Position numbers and translations under genes: made by a program. The notes under the pieces were generated by a model. That model did not search any database and was not told the origin of the DNA. It saw only the letters and a program-made list of their open reading frames with translations. A stretch of DNA of 64,000 nt from Takakia lepidozioides (lineage: Eukaryota; Plantae; Bryophyta), in assembly GCA_030704615.1 (NCBI GenBank), contig CM060733.1, positions 74,772,001 to 74,836,000 of the forward strand, given 5' to 3'. Positions 47,985-61,300 of this stretch are shown here, in pieces; within the stretch, counting starts at the first letter, position 1; each line of letters begins with the position of its first letter.

Positions 47985-50570
47985 TCATGTCATGTCAAGA
48001 CATGGACAAGACCCACTAGGGTCATTGTCAATTAAAGACATAAACAGCCCATAAACAGGGCACCATCTAACACTTTCATTCTTGTCATGACTTCCCAGTT
48101 GATTTCACCCTAATCATTCATGACAAAACATGGTGGGAGGGTGGGGTTTGTTTATGTATAGGTCATGACAACAAGACAAGCATATAAACAAACATCTTGT
48201 GTATTGAAAAATCAGATTGCTGCAGCATGTTCAAATTCCTGTAAGTAACCCAAGACATGCACCATGCAAGGCTCATTGGGTAGGTAAGAACAGCCTGCCC
48301 TGCTACAGATTCAAGGTATGTTCATACAAGCACCTTGAAGGACCAGCCTGCAACTTCTTGCCACATTACAGATCCAAGATATGTATACACAAGTACCTTG
48401 AGGTGATCCAAGACAAGCATTATGCAATGTAGGTAAGAACAACCTGCCCTACAACACCTTCAGGGAATGTTCACACAAGCAACTGGAAGGACCAGAGTGT
48501 AATTAATTACACTTTGGGCATGCCACCAAGCAAACTTCTTGGGCATGGTAAGCCATATTGCAGCTTCACATTTGGCCAAATGTAAGCACCCCAAAGCATG
48601 CATCGTGCAAGGCCTTTTGGGTAGGTAAGAACAACCTGTCATTGTACAGATTCAGGACCTGTGTATACAGGACACTTGCTGGCCCAACCTGCAGTAAATC
48701 AGACTCCAAACATGCAACCAAGTGATCACTTTGGGCATGACAAGATTGACTGCGACTTCATTCTACATCATGTACAGTTGCCCCAAGATATGCATCATGT
48801 AAAGGTATTTTGGCATGGAAGAAAGGCCTGCCCTATCACAACATCCAGATAAGGACACACATACAATTTGAGTGCCCAAGACCAAGCCCACTTGGCCAAG
48901 ATAAATCATACAATGCAGGTGGTTGTTCATATGGCAAAATAAAGTAACTAATCACTCGCCAGAGTCCTTTAGAGCTTACCATCAATGTTTCACATGAGGC
49001 TAATGCCATGTTTTGCAAATAACACCTCACTATGCTCCATTCCACAACAAATCCAGGTCTGAAAAATCAGGCTGTCTTCTCTTACAAAAACCAGACCTCT
49101 TCATCCTTAGAGCCTAACAGTCACTGATGCCTTTACCCTTACATCATCAATCCTCTTTTAAGGCCAAAAAAAGACCTAGTCTAAAAATCCACAAGCAAAG
49201 CTGTCAAAGATTCAAGACAGGGTAGGATTCACATGTTGTGCTGCACGAGACAAGGCTGCCAGGCCGAGATGCTCCATCAGCAACATCAAAACATAAGTAA
49301 AAACAAGCATCATCATGTCAAACCGGGTGCAAGCGGGCCGAAATCGGGGCTGTAGGCTGCAGCAGTATGTTTCTTTTGCTCACATCCTTATCTGCAAGCT
49401 CAAGAGAATTCAAAGCAAGTAGGGATCCTCACGTAGTGAAGATTGTAGAACCCCAGGTGAATCACAAACCCCTACACTTGTTATCGATGTCAACTAAGAA
49501 TCCCAAAAACAAGAGATAAAGATATGAAGTAAAAGGAACCCTAATCACCAAAAGCACCTTGAGCGATTGGGGAAGGTAACATTGCGCCATCGCCACCACC
49601 ACGCCACCTCCAGCACAACTAAGGAGAAGCGAAGCATACAAATGTTAGGTTTAAGAAGGGAGAGAGAGCGATATACTTCCCCACCAAAGCGCCGCTGCGA
49701 CACATAAAAGCCAGAGGAGGGAAAGGGACGATGCCATCACTGCGGGTTCTCCCGCCTGTGAGAAGAGACAAGACGCCGCCATTGCGCATCCCCAGGAGCT
49801 CGTCCGGCATGAAGCAGCAGATAGGGTAGCAACAAAGCTCAGTTGCCATAATTTGTGAGCTCAGCAGCACGAGGAACGCAGCTAACAGCGAAAGAGAGGC
49901 CCTAAGGCAGAGCCCGATTTTTCATCCGGAGGATGAATAATCAATACCCTTTCTCTCAAAAACCCGACGGATGTCATCCGTTAGCTAAGTTTAAACAGTA
50001 GATTATAGGGTAGGAGTTAGGGTTTCACTCATTAATTAACAATAATTAAGGGTAATTAAAAAATTCTCCATAACCATCATAAGCTGCTTTTTTCATCCGG
50101 TCCAGATGAAAAAATAAATAGGTTCATTTATTCGGATGAGGTCCATCAGCAGGATGAAAAAGTAGTATACATCATGCAGGGCAGCGGGTTTCTCATCCTA
50201 ACAGGTAATTCGTCATCCCTTAAGAGAAAGCCTCATCCAGTACGGAAAAAAAGGCATATGAATAAAACGAATTCAAATCCTGGTATTTTTCATCCGGCAT
50301 GGATGGAAAAATTATAGATAGGATGCCAGTGTCATAACCCCTACGGAGGTAATTCCTCATTCTCTGGTGACTCATCTGATATAGATGAAAGTCAATAAAA
50401 GAGGAATGAAAAATTATGTCATTTTTAAAGGTATTTTAGTGTCCACCAAGGTGATTCTTCCGGTATGGATAGAAAACCTTTACAAGTCGGGTGAAAACAC
50501 CTTTTAGAGTTCATCTGATATAGATGGAAAATCATGAAAAGAACACTGATGCAACTGGCCAATTCCAAGA
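47985..50570 (-). repeat. Uninterrupted copy 3 of the GGATGA-rich long repeat; holds the empty CACTA site and the unbroken inversion junction
   Basis: GGGCAC-CAT-CTAAC at 48058-48071 and AATTAATTACACTTTGGGCATGCCACCAAG at 48501-48530. 47835-47925 recurs at 50603-50712. Confidence 0.9.
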
Positions 50571-52639
50571 AGGGAGGGAGAGAGAGGGAGAGAGAGGGCA
50601 ACTCCCTCACGCGGCAGCTCCTTCACGTTGGCGGTCCCTCCCGCGGCGCTGGCGTTCGGCTGGCGCTCCACCAGCAGGTCACGGGGGTGCGCTCCCAGCT
50701 CGCTCAAATAGCAAAAAAAAAACAAAAAAAGATAGAAGAGGGAGAGAGAGAGAGGGAGAGAGAGTGAGGGAGAGGGATTAGGGCGAGAGGGAGAGTGAGA
50801 GAGAGAGAGCGCGCGGGTTTGAACGTTGTGGCGCGTTAGTGCTGCGTCACCGCCGCCGGAAAACGCCAACGCGCGGGGGTAGTTGCGCCCGGGAGAGCTC
50901 GAGAGCAAAAAAAAACAAAATAGGGATGGGGAGAGGAGGGAGGAAGAGTGTGAGGAGGAGGTTGAGGGAGAGAGAGATTAGATAGAGAGACTGAGAGGGG
51001 GAGTGAGAGGCGGTCGGTGCAGCCGTGGCGCGCTAGTGTGGCGACCCCACCGGAAAAACCTTGGCGGCGATCAGGGGCCTTCGCGAAGGGGAGAGAGAAG
51101 GGGAGAGAAGGGCGGCCACCTTGGTAGGAGGAGGATCCGCTGCGACGTTGGGGAATCGCACGGGCGTCGCTGCCTCAGGGGGACGTCGCACGGCAGTCGC
51201 AGTGGCGACGCAGATCTGGCGCAGAGGTGAGTTGAAGAGGCATCTCACTTTTGTTTTGTTTTTTTGGTTTTTTGGGTTATGGGGTTTTGCAAGGATTATT
51301 TGGGTGTTTGGCTCTTTGGCTCTTAGGGTTTTAAGGGTTACATAGTTTATCTTAGGGTTTAGTTTCATAGTTTAGTTTAGGGTTAGTTATATATATAGTT
51401 AGTTTAGGATTAGCTGCAATATAGTTTGTTTTTAGGGGTTCGTTTTTTTGCGGGGTGGGGACATGGCTTTACGTTTGTAGGGGTTTTTTTTTCAACTTTT
51501 TCCAAGGGTTGGGAGTGTAACTCCTCCGGAGGTTACAGCGGGTCACAATACGGTACTCTACCTCTCTCTCGTGCTAGGTCATGCCGCATGTTTATCGACG
51601 TGTCACGCTTGAGGATTCGTTGCCGGCTGTGCCACAACCACCTGCTGAGGGCGAGACAGCACGTTCGCCTTGTCTACAAGTTAGGCGGAATCGCCATGTC
51701 CGCACAGTTTTGCCCCCACGGCCACCACCCCGAGGTCGTAGGCCGCCGAGTCCAGAGGCACGAGCCCCGGGGAGACCCCGCCGAGACCGGCAGATCTCAA
51801 TGTTTTAGGATCTTCCTGTTACTATCCATTCAAGTCTTTATGGAACAAAGAAGGAACTAACATACCAGGCCTAAACAACTGTTTGTTGAAGGTAGGCAGC
51901 CTTAGTATTTCTAGTCTTCATAACTGAATGCCTCTGCCAAGGACGAGCAGTCTCTGAAAATACCATAACATCTTCAGGCTTCACAGAGGCCGTCCGCAAG
52001 GGGGAGAGAGAGAGAGAGTCAGTCACGCTCTTGTTACCTACTGGAACAGCTTCAATGCAAGCCCTCTTGTGTGCATTGCTTTTGTCTATAATCTGGAGAT
52101 TTTGGAGTGATCTGTGAAAGAAACCAGGGAGTAGCTGAGCAGCCAGCTCATCACAGCCAGAACTCATCACATCAACAGCTCAAGGGTGGTAAGCCGAACA
52201 CGCCCTGAACAGCCACCTTAGCTGTTCTAAAGCATGCTGCAATACTCTCTTATCTTTATCTGAATGAGAGAGGTAAACAGGGAGACAGATTCTAGACTAC
52301 TACCATTTTCACCCCTCAATACATCTGCCACTTTGAAAACTGTGGGCCTAAAATCTCTCCAAGGGAAGGTCAACACATACACCATACTTGTACCCTACTT
52401 CTGCAAATACAAACTATAGCTCCCGAGAACATTTGTTGAAACCTTTCACCCATCAGCCCCATCAGCATAAATGGACATGACATATATGATGCTAAAGTTG
52501 TGTTGACAATAGGTAGTGCCGATCTCAAGAAGCAAACTGTTTCCTTCACAATAGCCAAAAACGACATTAGACACTGCAACCTCTAGGTCAGCTTAATGTA
52601 GCAAGCTCAAATTTTCAAGTTGTCAACCCGCATGGCAGT

Positions 52640-52765
52640 GAAGCATGATGCCGCGATAGTTTCCAGGCTCTTCTCTGTCACCTTTCTTATGCAGGTTCAC
52701 AATGACAACCTCTCTCCAACGAAATGGAATCACTTCAGTCCTCCAAATAAAGTTAAAGAGAAGGG
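52640..52765 (-). mobile_element. Short LINE RT fragment of the same family as 41130-41255
   Basis: Translates as LLFNFIWRTEVIPFRWREVVIVNLHKKGDREEPGNYRGIML. Confidence 0.85.
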
Positions 52766-53320
52766 CAAGGGCCTACAACAGGATGCCACCATGTTTGAAA
52801 CATAGAGGAACAGTTCTTTCTACTGCATTCTTCCACAAGAAGAGACCAAAACAAAGCAGATGACAAACAAAATAAAGCCCACTTTCTAGAATCAAAGAAA
52901 GTCAGGTCTTGTCTCATGTTCGAAACAGTGTGCTCTGAAGCTACCCACGGTCAGAATTGACCGGCAAAGGTGAAACATAACTACAACCAGATACACACAT
53001 GAGTGGATTCGAGGTTTGTGTGCCAATGCTGAGAAAATGGTGGCATCGACGGACTGTTCTCGTCGCCATGACCAGCACTCGGGCTGAAGGTACCGAAATG
53101 ACAGAACATTGGCTTGCTTAGTTCAGCACCTAGCTCCTACCAAGATCGAAGAATACAGATGGCCATGTGTGGAAGAGTTACAAGGGGGCATCACAAACTT
53201 GCCACTTTCTCAGTGCGGCAGAGTCCAGGACAGAAAGAATGTACGAGATGCCAAAGTGGACAGTTCTCAAGACGGACAGTTCTGACCAGCACTGGGGCTG
53301 AAGGTACCGAAATGACCTGA

Positions 53321-53640
53321 CTGACGCAAGACCTGACTGACGAGCTTACTTTGGTGGATGTTGTACCTGAGAAACTAAGGGGGGAGATGCTTGATCTCCA
53401 ACACGCAACCTCCTTTCTTCCAAGGGCTAAAATTTCAGCGAACACAGATTACAAGGTAACCGAGGGATCGGACGTCTGCATTGTAACAACCGCAGCTAGG
53501 CAGAGAGAGGGGGAGAGTTGCGGCTCGATCTTGTGGAGAGAAACGTTGTTGTTTTCAAGCAGATAATACCACAGTTGGTGAAGTACAACTACTTCACCCC
53601 CGACACAATTCTTCTCATAATTTCAAACCTAGTTGAAGTT
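53321..53640 (+). pseudogene. LDH: L-lactate dehydrogenase N-terminal (NAD-binding) fragment
   Basis: Translates as LTQDLTDELTLVDVVPEKLRGEMLDLQHA...SDVCIVTTAARQREGES/RLDLVERNV..FKQIIPQLVKY...DTILLIISN. Frameshift near 53520; truncated at both ends. Confidence 0.9.
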
Positions 53641-54269
53641 AAACTTGTAACAGGTTTGATCACTTGGAGGATGAAGTAATGGATTGTATAGCACCTGTAG
53701 TCAACAATCAACCATCACACGAGAAAGCTAACGCTTGTGACCAAATCGCAACTGCACCTGATAAGCGAAAACTTGAGGAGGACGTGAAATCGTTCAAGAA
53801 GGGTTAGTGTAAGTCGTTGTATAGCTTCGAGCCTATGGATAACATTAAGTCCAACGGATGTACAGTTGACGTTACATTATGTCTTACTGCAACGCCAAAG
53901 TTGCAATCTCTAATAAAATATGAATGTTTATCATCAATGTATGCGGACTTATTCTTTCATGTCATCCTCTTCATCACGTGCCGTGATTGTTCTATGTTTG
54001 GTTTTGTATGTCATATGATATGGCAACCATTTTGTGCAAAAAGTTTTACATATCTGACCTCACATCATGGTGCAATTTATTGCATCCTCCCATTTTTTTC
54101 ATGAACGTCAACTTGGCAGGATGTTCTTCTAAAACCACAATACATACTTATATTGTATCCAAAAAATGTTTGGAGAATTATTGTTCATGGTTATATTGTG
54201 CATAAAATAGCCAAATAATCATATATATCGCTTTATTTCAATAATAAATTTTGTTTATTCATATTTCTC

Positions 54270-55575
54270 ATCTTTTCGTAATGAAATCTAGGGAGAACTC
54301 CAAGCCTTCAAAGCAAAGGTTGGCTGGAACTCTGCTGTTCCTGCCAAGACTGGGTCTCACGGTAAGGCTAATGCTAGTATTCGTCATGAAGCCAAGACTT
54401 ATGTGGTGGCCTGCATGATCTGCAAATCCACTAAGCATTACACTAGGTGGTGCCCTTACCAATCTGACTTGCCTGCTCTGATTGAACAATTGCAAAGGGA
54501 CAAAAAATAGAAGGGCACTTTAAACGAACCCGGTCATCTGTGAGGCTGCCAGATGACCATGGTAAGAACCCCAAGACAATAAACACTATTTTAACTAATT
54601 CTGGATTTTTGTTTGGTCCAACTCATGCACAATGGAAGGAACCAGATCTTCTGCAATACCTTTCATCCCAAGGTCCCCATCAGTACACTCCACACGTTTA
54701 CTGTCACTAGCAAGATGAGTGTGTTTTGTGCTGGTGGCTTTAGATAAACATGTCTTGGTAGCTTTGAGGCGGAGTCTCTCCTCAATTAATTCCACCATCT
54801 CATCCTCAGTAGTGTAGGTTTGCTTTTGTATAAACACTTTCTCAGCAGGGGGAAGACCTTTCACAAAGCAATGTTTCAAAATAGCTGGTCGTTCAGAGGC
54901 AATTAGGACTGACTTACAAATTGCAGTTCTTCCTCACGAAACAGCTTGCGGGCCAACTCCCTTGCCTCTATCCAGGTAAGATCATTTTTATCCTTGATGT
55001 TGGATTCAAACAACTTTCAAGCCTCTCCTTTGAGACAAATCCGGAAGGACTTAACCTGAAATCTAGGCGGTACACCATTCATCTCGGTACTGATCTCAAA
55101 AAACTCCAAGAACGATTCAAAATCTTCCCCTAGGTTGAATTCAGGGTATGGTTGCTTATCCATTCGCTCGCCAGGCTCAGACTTCTGAGTTGGGGTGTCG
55201 GAGACCTCCGTTTGTTTTAGCAACATCTTCATGAGGGGGGGGGGGGGCAATTAGAAATCACCCCCATGGCTTCGCATAATTCCTCCACATCAAATGTGGG
55301 TGGAGAGTTAGTCGCCGGGTTCTTTTGTTTGAAATCCCTAGACACTCTCCCCTCTCAAAGTTCTTTTGTTTATTAGCTGTTGTCTCTTCCATCTCCTCCG
55401 TTGCACATTGTTCCAACTCACTTAGCCCCATTGTATCTTCTGCTTCTTTTTCTAACATAGATTTGGTGAAAACAGGCATGAAGAAAGAGAGAACCCACTA
55501 CCTGTCCGAAGGGGCACTAAGTTGTGAATCCCACCCGCTCACACAGTGGGAAATGATGAAGCGGTGCCAAACCGT
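54270..55575 (-). mobile_element. Degenerate Ty3/Gypsy-like gag with possible PBS
   Basis: MPVFTKSM start at 55479. Gag-like motifs GEDFESFLEFFE...FRICLKGEA and HCFVKGLPP, with stops. TGGCACCGC lies 5 nt after a ..CA at 55575. 55575-56900 may be an LTR, but its outer end is not definable. Confidence 0.55.
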
Positions 55576-58320
55576 GACCAGAACAATGCTGCGAACTACT
55601 TTTTCCTTGACCAAAAGACTGTGAGCAGGGTAGCTTTTCGCAGCTTCTGGCTTGTACAACCCAATAGTTTCACGGCGAAAGCAGACCCCTGGAAAGATCA
55701 ACAAATCACTGGGACAAAAAGAAAAATCGGCGTCGGGAATACCAGTGATAAGTTCTTCCTAAGTGGGATCTCGGGTAGGGGCGGGTGGAATTCTAGGCCT
55801 CAAGTTAGCAAGTAGAATAGAGGTACCTCCCATAACCAGCTCCCACAAACGCAGGGGGCTCGGCTTGTCAAGCGGTAGGAAGCTTTCAAGCTCCACACCT
55901 AACTCTCGACTCACAGAGAATTGTGGGATGCCCAACACAGCCCAGCTAAGAGTCTCACTCTTCTCCAATTGCTCCTTAGCACTAGCAAGGGGAATCTGCA
56001 GAGTGACTTCCCTGGAGTGGAGTTTGAGGAGAAGACGCGCGGCGTAGGCTCCCTGAAGAGATTCCCGAATGCGCCGGCTCTGTTCCCTTTGCTCCGCCTT
56101 GGTGTGAATGGGCTTGGAGGCCTCTTTGCGCGCGGTTTTCTCAAAGGTCTTGGCCCAGAACTCTGAGGGCGTGTCCAGCGGGAGCTCAGGCCGCGGAAGA
56201 GGTTCTCTCTCCGGATAATCGACAAACAAAATCTGCTCAGGTAAGAGGTTGCGCGCGAGTTCACAAATGCAGCGAGATTCGAGCGCCTGGGTCTGTCGCA
56301 TTCGTGGGACCTCAAATTGATCAAGCTCAAACCAACCACACTCAGAACTGGAAGCCATAGCACTTGCTTGCGAAACTCTCAAAACACAGACAAGCTTGAG
56401 CAGACAAACTCTCTCTCTTTCTCACCATGCATGGCATACAAGCCGTCATTTTGCTATTATCTCTCCCCTCAATCATGCAGGATCCCCTGTATGCAATCTA
56501 CTGTTCTCAGGTGTTTCGTACCAGCCTAAATTCTCTGTTAACGATTTTTAAACTACCCCGCATCTCCACCATGATTCCGGCGCTATGGGTTTGTTCCCCT
56601 TCCTCTACCGGACTTAGTTCAAACAGGGGGATGTAATCGGTAGATGGGCCTGGCAGAGAAGACGGAATCTCACAAAGAGGACATAACAAAGTCAGATATC
56701 CACAATGCATTCATCAGCACACTCAAGCACACCGTTACACCAAGTGCACACTCGCGTAAGATGAAACCCACCACCACCATACGGCAATGCAGCTTAAATA
56801 ATATTAGGTCATAATCTAATCCTAGTGCCGCGTGGCACTTACATATAGGTCAGCCAGATGTCCTTCTAGCACAACCATAGAAAGAAGCCAGATCACCCAG
56901 ACCCATCCTAATCCAATCCTAAACTAACTGTTAGAATAAGACAGCATGTAATAAAGCCATAAGCTCTTGCCAACTCATCCCCATGCGCAAAGCGCTAGTT
57001 CATCCAGACTTCATCCCGGTTCCGTCCATCCTTAAATCATCCGGAGCGCATCCTCCCTCCCATCCATCCAAGTCGAGAAAGCAGGTGTGGAGGAATCCCA
57101 GCTCCACAACCCTCACCATATAAATAAAATTCCTAATAAAAAAATGGTCTCGTGCAGTGGGAACGTGTGCCCGGTATGGAGGAGTCTAGAAGCCGCGTCC
57201 GTTATACTTGTGTGCCCTAGGGTTGCCTGAGCAGCGCTGTGAGCAAAGAAGAAGAGCGCTTCGGCCTCGTCCCTGCGCTCAGCGTCCTATGCCTGCGGGT
57301 CATTCGGCTGTTTTCGAGGTGGGTTCGTCGCTCTCGTCTATTTTCTTAACTGACTTCACTTTGAGAACGCTCATGTACTGGATGTGTGAGATGGTGACTT
57401 AGCGTGTAGCCCAGATGCACTGGAGATAGGTTGGAGATCGCGACAGGAAGGAAGGTGGATTGGCAGTCATTCCACTGGAAGGTCCGACATGGAAGATGGT
57501 GGTGTAGTTACGGCAATTCTTATTGTACTTGGAACAGGGTCTGATGCCACTCTTGTTCGCGGTTATTTGAGTGTTTGACTTGCCTGTAGCTTTGGTATGT
57601 AGGTGCATTATCCTGGGTTGATGAAAAGAAGCATCAAACCATAGATTTTGGAAAGTCGCTCCCTGGCGTCAAGCACTGTGTATAAGGGTCTCATTCCACC
57701 TCGCTCGCGGTTATTCGAGTATTCGACTACTACACTTCTTTTTTGTATCTGGGGGGACAATCCTGGGTTCTTGGAAAGAAGGATCAAACCTGTAGATTCT
57801 ATAAAGTCGCTCCTAAGCATGAAGTGCATGTGCTTATAACCCCCTGGAGTGTAGGATCATGCTGTCTATGTGTCTTATGTTTGACTCTCGCTGCAGGTGG
57901 TGACTATTCTGCTGATATAGGTACTTACTAGTGCAAGAATCACTCAGCATGTCAACCGTAACCATTTTGCACACGTTGTTTATGTCTCATTGACAGTATA
58001 TGAGCTGTTTCTGATGATTTTGGTCAGGTTCTCGTGATAGGCTTTCTTCAATTGATTCTTCTATCTATAATATTTTTTACAAGTTTTACGTTTGGTTTGG
58101 CAGTAGGATTGCTCTCATTATCTTTGGTGGGAACCAATTTATATCTACATGTGTAAAATGGGAGGGAGGTCCATAGAGATACGCAGGTGCATGGTTATGT
58201 TTGTAAGTTATGTCTCAATGAGTAAGAATGTGTATCCTCTTCTTATGGTACAACTATGAACGAGTTCAACACATACATCTAAGCTAGTACTTATGTTTGC
58301 ATGTTCAGACTGCGCTAGTG

Positions 58321-61300
58321 ATGGCAGATGAGGCAAAAGTGCGAGGTAATGCGGCCTTTTCTGCAGGCAAGTTCGAGGAAGCGACAACCTTTTTTACTGA
58401 AGCGATAGGGCTAGCACCTGATAACCATGTGTTGTACTCCAATCGGTCGGCCTCATATGCTTCTCTGCACAAGTACCAGGATGCACTACGCGATGCCAGG
58501 AAGACTGTGGAGCTGAAGCCTGATTGGGCTAAAGGGCACAGCAGGCTGGGAGCTGCATATGTAGGCCTAGGTCAGCTGGATGATGCCGTTGCTGCCTACC
58601 AGCAGGGCCTGCTGCATGAGCCTTCTAATGTAGCTCTCAAGTCAGGCCTGGCAGATGCCAAGGCTGCAGTGACCAGACAGCGTGCTCCTCCGGCTCCATT
58701 TGGCAACATGTTCTCAGGGCAGGATGTGTGGGCCAAGATACAGGCCGACCCACGAACACGCCCATACCTGCAGCAGCCCGACTTTGTGGCAATGGTAAAT
58801 GAGCTGCAGCGGAATCCCAGCAGCATGTCAAACTACATCAGTGATCCACGCCTGATGCCGGTGCTGGGCCTCTTGCTGGGTATGAACATTCAGACCCCCC
58901 AGGGTGACAAGGCATCCCATTCTGAGGGTGACTCCGCTGAAGTCACAATGACTTCCTCTAAGCCAGAGTCGCAGCCAGACCCCGTGCCACAGCCAGAACC
59001 AATGGATGTGAGTGAAGAAGAACAGGAAGGGAAGGCTCGGAAGGCCGAAGCTGTGAAGGAGAAGGAGGTTGGAAATGCTGCGTACAAGAAGAAGGAGTTT
59101 GGAGCAGCTGTGCAGCACTATACGAAAGCAATAGAGCTTGATGATGAGGACATATCCTACCTCACTAACCGGGCGGCAGTGTGTTTGGAAATGGGCAAGG
59201 TCCTAGAACTCCACCTTTTCTTAGACATTCACACAGGAAATATATTTGGTCTTACTTCTTTTGTTAGGGCTAGTCTTGGGAAGATGGGAAGATTTTTCGA
59301 AGTCAAACCAGACCTGCATTCAGACAAAGGAAATCAATGCAAAATTGTTTGTGTCAGACAAGTAGAGTACCTACACGAATTTGTGGATTGAGAGTTTGAG
59401 GACCTGGAGGTTATTGGCAGGTTATGGAGTTTGGAAGTAAAACAACTGTACAAAGGTTGTGACTGTGCAATGTTGACATGTGTGCAGTACGAGGAATGCA
59501 TCCAGGACTGTGACCAGGCAACAGAAAGAGGGAGAGAATTGCACTCAGACTATAAAATGATTGCGAGGGCATTGACAAGGAAAGGGACTGCATATGTAAA
59601 GCTGGCAAAGAATTCCCAGGACTATGCCCCTGCCATTGAAGCATTCAACAAAGCACTAACTGAGCATCGAAATCCAGATACGCTGAAAAAACGAAATGAT
59701 GCAGAGCGTGCAAAGAAGGAATTGGAGCAGCAAGAGTATTTTGATCCAGCAGTAGCTGATGAAGAGCGAGAGAAAGGCAAGGACTCTATCCTGTCGTTTG
59801 TGGCGTCTTTGCACTGTGATTGAATGGGCACGACACGGGTGAAACTGTCTGGGTATCTCAAATGTAAGGCATATTGCGCATGCAGGCAGTGCATTAAGGG
59901 TGAGGGTGGGGCATGCATGCAGGAAATGATTACTTCAAGAAGGGACAATATCCTGAAGCTGTGAGGCATTACTCGGAAGCCATCAAGAGGAATCCTTCAG
60001 ACCCGAAGGCATGCTATCTGCAACCCTTTCATGGCTTTTAGATGACAGTGTTAATAGTGGGACAGCACCCCCACCCTTCAACATAAACCTTTTTATGCTG
60101 CCAGTGCTTTAGCTATTGGGTGGATGGGCCCTGGGTGAGTTTGACATTCTGCTGCAATTCCGGGCAGGTGTACAGCAACAGAGCAGCATGCTACACAAAG
60201 CTTGGGGCTTTTCCAGAGGGCTTGAAGGATGCAAATAAATGTATTGAACTGGACCCTATATTTGCAAAGGGTTACTCTCGAAAGGGCACAATTCAATTCT
60301 TTATGAAGGAATATGACAAAGCCTTGGAAACTTATCAGGTCTGTACCTTGTCCATTCCTCTTTTGATCTATGGTCGTTAGCGGCTGCCAGCTAGTACAGA
60401 TGTTCTGGAAGGCATGGAGGTAATGATTTTATTAGCAAGGCCTGCTCTATCTACCTTCCTTTTTGGAGCTTCCAGAAAGTGCAGGAGTTGTCTGGTACAT
60501 AACGTTGCAATCAGCCAGGCAATGCCTCTGTAGTGAACATCTGGGAGGTTCGAGTAGGTTGCCAGTAAGGAACGAAAGTGTGGGGAAGGTAGAGTGATTT
60601 CAGCTGGATTCTTGCCAAGCCTTTTACCTCTGACACTCTCGTTGTGGCCTCCACTGAGATTGGGTGGGGGCTCGGATTGGTGCAGACTGGTTTGAAGCAT
60701 AATGAGGGCAACCAAGAACTGCTGGATGGGATCCGTAGGTATGTTTGACTCTTTGAATGTTTGGATCAATGGTGCTCATTACTGAGTGTGGTGACTGATG
60801 TGATGGGAGATATGCAGCTCCTTCAGGGAATACAATACAGTGCTTCTTACCAAGCATTTCCTGGAGTAAAAGTCTAGTTGAGCAGCAAAGGACATCAATT
60901 TCTCCATAATTTTCACCATTGATGAATGGTGTGACTTCACAGCATTGTGTTTTTCCCATCCTACTCCATGTCTTTGTCCTCTTGCAATGTTAGGATATGA
61001 ATGGTGGTGTTACGTAGGGAGGGAGCAGCAGCAAGGAGTTAACTTTGGTGGTTATGATGCCAGGTGTGTAGAGCAAATCAACAAAATGAATAGAGGTGAC
61101 ATCAGTGCGGAGGAATTGAAGGAGAAACAGGTGTGTTATGTACATTGAAGCTCATTTGGTTCTTGAATGTGGGGTGTGTAGTTGCCCGTCAATCTTGCCC
61201 TTCTTGATTCAATTCACTCGAACATGTCTTTTGCCTGAAAGTGATTGGCAGTTGCTGTAGGCATTTATTTTTGCTTTTGTCCAAATTATACTTTCAACCA

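Noticed and set aside
51310-51440. Interstitial telomere array
   Set aside because: Only scattered TTAGGG/TTTAGGG words, not a tandem array.
21822-53807. One giant piggyBac bounded by TTAG-CCCTT (21822-21830) and AAGGG-TTAG (53799-53807)
   Set aside because: The putative TIR match is only 5 bp and the TSD is not TTAA. It could be chance, so it is not called.
55759-56382. 207-aa gene upstream of the gag relic
   Set aside because: No recognisable family and a non-ATG start. It lies in the probable LTR or leader of the retroelement.
57150-57200. Heat-shock element in the HOP promoter
   Set aside because: Only a partial TCTAGAA core, not three alternating nGAAn units.
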